DNA from: Opitutales bacterium
GTDB lineage: Bacteria; Verrucomicrobiota; Verrucomicrobiia; Opitutales; JABSRG01
Assembly: GCA_049599475.1 (NCBI GenBank)
Contig: JBMYOQ010000032.1
Coordinates: 1 to 45,114 of the forward strand
DNA: 45,114 bases
Reading direction: 5' to 3'
This document shows positions 38,482 through 45,114 of the stretch, one piece after another (positions within the stretch are counted from its first letter, which is position 1; every line of letters starts with the position of its first letter). Both the position numbers and the translations under genes were made by a program. The notes beneath the pieces are model-generated. The model saw only the letters and a program-made list of their open reading frames with translations. It made no database searches and was not told where the DNA came from.

Positions 38482-38557
38482 GCGGGCGTAGCTCAGCTGG
38501 TAGAGCGCAACCTTGCCAAGGTTGAGGTCGCGAGTTCGAACCTCGTCGCCCGCTCCA
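38482..38557 (+). tRNA. tRNA-Gly (anticodon GCC)
   Basis: 76-nt cloverleaf: acceptor gcgggcg/cgcccgc, anticodon arm caacc-ttGCCaa-ggttg, T-loop ttcgaac, encoded CCA. Confidence 0.97.
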
Positions 38558-38561
38558 TTTT

Positions 38562-39227
38562 ATGGAGCACATGTTTTCCGCAGATCAACTCTTCTCACTT
38601 CCTGATTCCCTAAAGCAGTTTAGGGATTTTTTTGTGCCTGCTGAAACGCCATGGAAATGGGTGTCACAAATTAAACATGCCCTAGAGTCCTGTGATGACT
38701 TGGCAGCGATCACGGGGAGAGAAAACACCGCTCTTTCGATTACCGGCAGAGTCTTCATTCACCCCAGTGTGAAACTTCCAAATTTCGGAACGATTGAAGG
38801 GCCATGCTGGATTGGCCCCGGATGCCAACTACGCCCAGGCGTATATATCCGCGGGAATGTGATTGCCGGGGCAAACTGTGTCCTCGGAAACAGCTGTGAG
38901 TTTAAGAATGCCCTGCTAATGGACAATGTGCAGGTCCCCCATTTTAACTACGTCGGGGACTCCGTTATGGGCGATCATAGCCACCTCGGTGCCGGGGCCA
39001 TTCTTTCCAATTTCCGTCTCGACGGTGAAGCGGTTCCAGTAGACCTCGAAGATGGTTCCCGCCTAAGCTCGGAAATGCGCAAACTCGGCGGCATGCTCGG
39101 CGAGAACGCTCAGCTAGGCTGCAACGCCGTAGCACAGCCAGGATCCATCTTAGGCAAAAATGCCATCGTCCTCACGGGTATCGTCCACAAGGGCTATTTA
39201 GCCGCCGACACTTGGAATCGAGGATGA
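38562..39227 (+). CDS. Hexapeptide-repeat (left-handed beta-helix) acyltransferase, similar to the GlmU C-terminal domain
   Basis: IEGPCWIG, YIRGNVIAG, LGNSCEFKN, PHFNYVGDS and HLGAGAILSN. No nucleotidyltransferase domain. Confidence 0.88.
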   Translation: MEHMFSADQLFSLPDSLKQFRDFFVPAETPWKWVSQIKHALESCDDLAAITGRENTALSITGRVFIHPSVKLPNFGTIEGPCWIGPGCQLRPGVYIRGNVIAGANCVLGNSCEFKNALLMDNVQVPHFNYVGDSVMGDHSHLGAGAILSNFRLDGEAVPVDLEDGSRLSSEMRKLGGMLGENAQLGCNAVAQPGSILGKNAIVLTGIVHKGYLAADTWNRG

Positions 39228-39398
39228 AGGATGAAGGATGAAGGATGAAGGATGAAGGATGAAGGATGAAGGATGGCGATTTTCTTTGAAGAGGTTTCGC
39301 GTCAAGGACTCTATCCTCAACCGGCAGAATTATTCTCCAGCATCACACCCGACCTCAACCAGCAGCATTTACGCTTTCATCCCTCATCCTTCATCCTT
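39221..39398. repeat. (AGGATGA)7 tandem array, dispersed repeat A copy 2, and an inverted TCATCCY arm between convergent genes
   Basis: Seven perfect aggatga units at 39221-39269 plus a partial unit; ttcatccctcatccttcatcctt at 39376-39398. Confidence 0.92.
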
Positions 39399-40270
39399 CC
39401 CAAACCAATCCTTTCGGCCAGCACTTGAGCTAATTTTGGGTGTTCTGAGAAAAGGGGCGACATGTAGAGTTTTAAGCCCGGCATACGTTCTTCGACGCCT
39501 TCAATGATTTCTGCAACATCACCGCAGGGTCCGGCATGTCGGCCAGGGAGAAAGAAGAGCATGAGCACTCCAACAGCGCCCCCCTCAAAGCCATAAGCTT
39601 CAGGCGCATTTTCGAGCAACGGATCGCAAAATGCGTAGGCCTCCCCTTCCCGCCGCTCCATACTTGCTGGTTTAACCCTTTCACCCGGATGATTGGCTCG
39701 CCACCGAGTATTAAAATCTTCGGCGATTCGATCACGCACCTCAGCGACCTCCTTGCGTGGGGACCCGTGATCCACCAGCAGCCAATTTTTTATTTCCGGA
39801 TGATCACGTTTCAGCTGATGAGCAAAATCTTCCAAAATATCGAGCAGCCAGTCTGGTGTGTTTTCACCCCTCTGCACCAGGGGCCGGGCAATTTCCACCT
39901 TCAATCCCTCGCGTTTTTTGCTCAGAATACGAATACGCTCTGGCAAATATTCGGTGAGGGCCGCGCTCGGCCCAAAAAACAAAGGTTGGATATTAATATT
40001 TTTCTTTCCCGCCTCATAAGCCGCCTTGACCGAACGTTCAAAGGTCTGCGCGGGCTTTCCATCCAAAAGCTCTGGATCAATCTTACTCGAATGCAGTAAA
40101 CTCACTGGCAACACTTCGCGCCCGAGACGCTGGGATACATCTTTCGACAAAGCTCTCAGCATCAGGGTCGCTTCCGGGCGCAGCGACCCGTTATCGGTCA
40201 ACCAAAACAATTCGGATTCTGACGATTTATGAAACTCCCCTGCGAACGCGCTGTTGTTATCTTGGATCAT
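39377..40270 (-). CDS. CbiX/SirB-like class II chelatase-family protein (two-domain)
   Basis: LTDNGSLRPEA, PLFFGPS, LVDHGSP and FFLPGRHAG motifs. Start placed at ATG 40270 because the longer ORF overlaps pal. Confidence 0.8.
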   Translation of the reverse strand: MIQDNNSAFAGEFHKSSESELFWLTDNGSLRPEATLMLRALSKDVSQRLGREVLPVSLLHSSKIDPELLDGKPAQTFERSVKAAYEAGKKNINIQPLFFGPSAALTEYLPERIRILSKKREGLKVEIARPLVQRGENTPDWLLDILEDFAHQLKRDHPEIKNWLLVDHGSPRKEVAEVRDRIAEDFNTRWRANHPGERVKPASMERREGEAYAFCDPLLENAPEAYGFEGGAVGVLMLFFLPGRHAGPCGDVAEIIEGVEERMPGLKLYMSPLFSEHPKLAQVLAERIGLGRMKDEG

Positions 40271-40331
40271 ATCTTTGCTAAGAGCCTGCTTTGTACTTGC
40301 TCGAAAAATTTTATTACCTTTCTTCTCACTT

Positions 40332-40955
40332 ATGCGTTCTCGCAACTTAATTGCAAATTCTCTTAAACTAGCCCTCGTCGCCGCAAGCTGCTTGCTCTTC
40401 ACAGCTTGCCCGAAAAAAGATCAGCCCAACCCAGCCGGCACACTTCCGGGGGAAAAATCGAACCCCACCCGCCCTGGATATATCAGCGGCAATCCTGATG
40501 GCTATGGCCCCGACGGACAGCTTCTAAGCGGCGGTTTTGGTCCAGACGGTTCAACACCTTCCGACATCGATCCTAGTCTTTCTGGACGTGGAGGCTCATA
40601 CGTCGATCCAGATGGCGGCATTCGCAATCTAGTGCCGTCCGTATTTTTTGACTACGACCAATCTTTCATCCGTGAAGACCAACGCTCTTCACTCACCGAG
40701 ACAATTAGCTACCTCAATAGTAACGTCTCCGCGACAATTCTCGTCGAAGGTCACTGCGATTTCAAAGGCACAACCGAATACAACCTTGCACTCGGTGACC
40801 GCCGCGCAGCGAGCGTGAGAGACTTCCTCGTCGATTCAGGCATTGATTCCAGCCGCGTTTCTGTCGTGTCTAAGGGCGACCTCGAAGCAGTCCAAGACGG
40901 CACCGACGCTCAGCGTGCAGAAGACCGTCGCGCAGACATCATCATTTACGAGTAA
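40332..40955 (+). CDS. pal: Peptidoglycan-associated lipoprotein (OmpA C-terminal domain)
   Basis: Lipobox LFTAC after ATG 40332; VFFDYD, VEGHCDFKGTTEYNLALGDRRA and DRRAD. Confidence 0.9.
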   Translation: MRSRNLIANSLKLALVAASCLLFTACPKKDQPNPAGTLPGEKSNPTRPGYISGNPDGYGPDGQLLSGGFGPDGSTPSDIDPSLSGRGGSYVDPDGGIRNLVPSVFFDYDQSFIREDQRSSLTETISYLNSNVSATILVEGHCDFKGTTEYNLALGDRRAASVRDFLVDSGIDSSRVSVVSKGDLEAVQDGTDAQRAEDRRADIIIYE

Positions 40956-40986
40956 ATCGTAAATTCTGTCCCATATCTTCCATCGG

Positions 40987-41016
40987 ACCCTTGGCCATCA
41001 CGGCCAAGGGTTTTTT
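40987..41016 (+). terminator. Intrinsic terminator downstream of pal
   Basis: acccttggcc-atcac-ggccaagggt stem-loop running into a T tract (41011-41016). Confidence 0.88.
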
Positions 41017-41138
41017 GTCGTCTGTGCAGAGGAAGCAAATCCCAGGCGCATACAAATCCGCAATTTATTGAATTGCCTCTGTAGTTGCAGAGAGGCACAC
41101 CCACTGCTGTCGATCTCTCGTTCTCTCTTTGCACTAAC

Positions 41139-44100
41139 ATGAAAAAAGTTTTTAAGCGCGTCGGTATCGGTATGCCGGCCTCCTTGCCTTGATAATCCTG
41201 CTCACAGGTGCAGCCCTACTGCCTCCCGTGACTACGGTGGTGGTGACCCACTTCGCCAAAGGTCATTTCGACGAGCTGACGATCGGTTCGATCTCTGTCG
41301 GGCTAAATGGCGCAAAAATCGAACGCCTCGACGCAGCGCTTGATGGCACTGAAATTTCGTTCCAAGAGGCAAATATTGACGGCAACGTAATCCTGCTTGG
41401 CCTTTCAAAAGGAGGCATCCCGTTTACACCCAAGACTCATACGATCAACTACCTCGAAGTAAGCGATTTCTCACTACGCTTACCGAAGGGTGAGCCCGCT
41501 GCGACCGCGCCCTCGTCCGAACCCGCGATCGCGTTCCATGGTGTGTTCGAAACAACTCGAGAGCTCTTGGAATCCCTCGATATTGAAGTCAAGCGGCTCA
41601 AGGCAAACGGTAAAATTGCCCTTTCGGAAAATCAAAGCGGAGAATTTTCGATCGAGACCAAATCTCTTCTGAGCCTCGCTGGCACCGGAAACTTGGATTA
41701 CGATATCGGTTTTGAAGACATTGCTGAGAAACTGACAGTCCGCATAACCGGATCGTCGGATTATGATCTCAGAAGTGAAGTGACATCTCAATATGTCACG
41801 CAGGTCAAAATCCCCACATTTACCGATCCTCTCGTCTGGAAATGGGACACTAGCCTAGCTCAAGTCTCGAACACTGAAGTCGCAGAGATCACGATTTACG
41901 ACCCATCTTCAGATGATCAGGACAGCTTGGTGAGCCTGAAGTCGACACTCGATTGGACCAAGATGCTGATCGAAAGCGAAATCGGCTACACACTCTCTGA
42001 CGAAGGACCACTCGCCAAGGTTCTCCCCGTATCACCCGACTTTGATCTTAAGGGAGCTGGCACAATCGAGGTGGATTTAAACAAGCAAAACCTTACACTA
42101 AACCATAAAATCCAAGGGGAGGCTTCAAAGTGGACTCGGATCGACGAGCGCCTAGAGCCTATTTCGGATATCCAAATCGCGCAATCGAGTGCGATCACAT
42201 ACAATTTCGACAAGCGCAAAGGCAAGATTTCCAGTTTCAACTTAGACGTCTCGGATCTGAGTGAAAAGGATCTCATCCTCGGCATCGACCTGGAGAACGA
42301 AACGATCCTTGATTTCGAAACTGCGTTTTCGCCGGAAATCCCACTTTCATTCGAAGGCCTCGCCGCCAAAATAGATATAGCGGGTATCCCCGTAGAATGG
42401 GCTTCTCGTTTTGTTAGCGGACTACTCTATGAAGGGAGCGCCCTGACAGGTAGTTTCCAGATCACTCAAGCAGATTCAGTTCTCAAGCTGAACGTTGATG
42501 AAAACGTATTCATTCAGGACATTCAAATAAGCCAGGGAGACCAGTCTCTCATTGAGGATCTAAACCTCGTCTTCGCTCCCGTGGCCGAGATAGACATCGC
42601 CTCCCTTAAAGGCACTATTTCTCAAGCAGACCTCTCTTTCGACTCAGGTTCAGATGATGTCACAATGGTCGAAATCGTAAGCGCGATTGAATTCGACCTC
42701 TCGCCCGAAACGGACGCACTCATTAGCCTTTCCGGAGGCATCGATATCGATGCTTTAGAAGTGCTCAACCAGCCCATGTTTGACGGTTTCGATCTCAACC
42801 CTCCCGAAGATTTTCAGAAAATCCGCGCGGACCTCACAGGATCTATTGTAGAGGCCAGTGTAGAGAAAACCGAGATAGCCCTCGAGTCCCTGAGTTTGAA
42901 GATCTCTCAAGCGGACCGTCCAAGTGTCATAGATATATCTCTCAATCAACCCACGCAGGTGAAGATTGCGTCTGGAAAACTCGATACAATCGAGCCCAAG
43001 GGCGAAGTCGGGGAAATACGTCTACGCGAACTAGATTATACGTGGACAGATCAGTTTCTTTCCGGAATCGATCTCATGGGGAGTGCCTTGAACGGCTCAT
43101 TTACCCTCTTCAGCGACGGTAAAGGCCTCGACATTTCGAGCAAAGAACCCATCAAAGCGGCAAATTTTGCGTTGATTCAGGACGGGGAAGAAAAAATTCG
43201 ACAACTCGATTTCGGCTTCGAACCCTCGGCATCATTTCAAGGTGACAGCATATTGCTACAACTTGCTAATTTCAATGCGAGTAGCGATGGCCAGGAAATT
43301 ATCAGTGCTCAAGCAGAGCTTTCTAATAAGGTCGCCTCAGAGCAGGAACAAACTTGGATCGACCAGTTATTTTCGAGTTCAGCAAACGCTCAGATGACGC
43401 TTTCGGCGACTGAATTGTTTAAACAACCGGCAGTAGCTGAACTGGCTCAGGTAGGTTCAGGCTCACTTGAATTTCTCGCAGAAAAACGACCTCCGATAGA
43501 CGCTCCCATCTATTCCAATACCCAGATAAAGTCGTTGAGTTTCATACAAAACCCTGAGGAAACGATCAGCGCTGAGCTCGGAATAACTGCCGACCGGCTC
43601 GATTCCCAAACAGTCGGTATCAACAGCGACCTTCTGATCGAGACCGACTCGCATCCCAATACACTCAAAGCCAAAATCAATGGTGAGATATCCGAAAACG
43701 AAGAGGCCTACACCTACACGCTTTCGCTGAATTCGGATGTTTTAGATGTAAATGCCCTACTTGCCGTATCTGATCTCGTAACGCAAAGCGCAAACTGGGA
43801 CCCAGACAGCGAACCGGCCCCAGAAGTCGAGTCCGAGCAAGAGCCTGAGCCCGAACCCGAGCCGGAAAAGAAAAAGGGAATTGGAAATCTGTTTGCAGGA
43901 TTTAATCCAGGGAAACTGGTTTCCGGCCTCACCAAATCAATCAACTCCTCGTCCGAACCCGACGAACCTGCACCAGCAAGCAGAGCCCCTAGAGAACCCT
44001 TGAACCGAGCTCCGGATAAACAAGCGTTCTGGGCAGGAGCCGAGGGCGAAGGAGATGCCTATATTCGTCAAATTTTGCTTCCAATGTCCCTAACGGCCGA

Positions 44101-44929
44101 ATCCTTCCAAGCCAACTTTCGCTCTAGCCCAGAATTCATCTCAATCGACTCTCTCAATTCTAGAATTGAAGGAGCGCCCCTGGATATGAATGCCAATGTG
44201 AACTTCACTGAAGGCCGCTCAAACCCTTACGAATTAGATGCGAGCCTACGGCTGTCGGATTTCGATACTACGAACCTCATATGGCAAGGTGCTCCCTTCT
44301 TCAAAGATACCTTCAAGGGAGTTGTTGAAATGACCGCTACTCTGGAAACCCAAGCGCCGAATCCCGATATTATGGCCCGCCGTCTCCAAGGGACTCTAGA
44401 CATCAATTCGTTCGGGGGTTACTTCAACATCCTGGGTCTGGGAGGCGAAGAAGTCTTAAAGGTTGCAGAAATCGCAGGGACTGCAGGCACCGTAGCGAAA
44501 ATCGGAAAAATGTTTAAGTCCGACATTTTTGGGAGCAAAGACGAAGAAGTCGAAAAAGTGCTCAGAATCATCGACCTACTCCAGGGTTTCCAATACGAAG
44601 AATTTACCCTTCGCGCCAGTCGCGGAAGAGACCTTCGCATACGCATCGAAGAGGCCGTGTTCCGCAGCGAAGGAATTGTCTTCGATGGCCGAGGATTCAT
44701 CACCCTCACCGAGGAAATGCTCTATGCTGATGAGCCCATGGACATTCAGTTCCAACTCTGGCTCGACGGTTATGCCTACGACGCTTTCAACGCCATTGGC
44801 CTGGTAAACAAAGAACGTGAAAATGAGCTGGGCTACCGCCTCGGTCCCATGATTCGTATCCAAGGGACTCCCTCCAATCCCGATTGGAGCGATTTCATAA
44901 GCGTTCTTACACGTTCGCTCGGAATATAG
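41139..44929 (+). CDS. Large AsmA-like (repeating beta-groove) envelope protein with an apparent 1-nt frameshift near the 5' end
   Basis: 1246-codon beta-rich ORF from 41189, with N-terminal hydrophobic anchor and C-terminal LQGTLDI..G / IRIQGTPSNP motifs typical of AsmA-like proteins. The natural start MKKVFKRVGIG at 41139 is out of frame. Confidence 0.72.
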
Positions 44930-44975
44930 AATCCTTTGGCAAAGATACTTTCGATAGCATCTCAATCGAAATAAC

Positions 44976-45114
44976 GAATAGATCCTTTCTCAAAATTATT
45001 TGAGCAAACAAATGGTTGGGCGAATCTTCTCGGTGAGCCGATCGAGGACCCAGCAAAGGCTTATATCGGTTCTCAAAAGTGTTTTCGTTTATTTTGGTAG
45101 AAGCCGACGACCCC
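44976..45114 (+). repeat. REP-like repeat cluster: repeat B copy 2 plus the start of another GTAG-type unit
   Basis: Aligns with the reverse complement of 15451-15540. A second ttctcaaaa motif lies near 45070, and ggtagaagccgacgacccc sits at the window end. Confidence 0.75.

Noticed and set aside
38242..39398. CRISPR array interpretation of the periodic repeats
   Set aside because: The period is 7 bp with no unique spacers, and there are no cas genes in the window.
40271..40402. N-terminal extensions of the CbiX-like and pal ORFs given in the ORF track
   Set aside because: They overlap each other head-to-head. ATG 40270 and ATG 40332 give non-overlapping genes and a proper lipoprotein signal.
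43800..43870. EPEPEPEP tract in the AsmA-like protein as a DNA repeat element
   Set aside because: Codons vary; this is an ordinary Pro/Glu linker.
918..44965. Numerous 60-190 aa ORFs nested in or antisense to the long genes
   Set aside because: They have no recognisable motifs and overlap well-supported genes, so they are treated as shadow ORFs.
44907..45114. Possible 3' end of a minus-strand gene entering from the right edge
   Set aside because: An open frame exists but has no recognisable motif, and the region aligns with the non-coding repeat at 15451-15540.

Overview
Bacterial chromosomal window. Gene content suggests Verrucomicrobiota/Opitutales (inference, not tested). It has two parts. 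(1) 1-15223 is accessory: a tightly packed five-gene minus-strand operon in which every product has an apparent N-terminal signal peptide. The genes encode a 65-aa peptide resembling a bare PEP-CTERM-like anchor, a 1549-aa protein of repeated beta-sandwich domains separated by DxDxDG (TSP3-like) repeats, a 311-aa helical/HEAT-like protein, an 83-aa protein, and a 2751-aa Rhs/YD polymorphic toxin. The toxin has DxDxDG repeats, an intact DPxGL cleavage site and a GHH/AHH-like nuclease tip. A secreted Ig-like gene is divergent from the operon. No T6SS or other secretion genes and no immunity gene are visible, and an IS-end-like motif follows the toxin stop codon at the window edge. (2) 15868-44929 is mostly housekeeping: a PTS EIIA-diadenylate cyclase fusion, hemB, a DUF4097 protein, a LolA-like protein, MMPL-cNMP, a histone H1-like/CBM20-like fusion, a DUF374 acyltransferase, tRNA-Thr(CGT) with a duplicated 3' end, ppk1, hemF-hemE-hemN-hemY, a binding protein/MCP pair, a CPA2 antiporter with RCK_C domains, tRNA-Gly(GCC), an LbH acyltransferase, a CbiX/SirB-like chelatase, pal, and an AsmA-like gene with an apparent 5' frameshift. 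Intergenic regions carry heptamer inverted-repeat arrays and dispersed REP-like repeats. All domain calls are from motifs recognised by eye; no searches were run.
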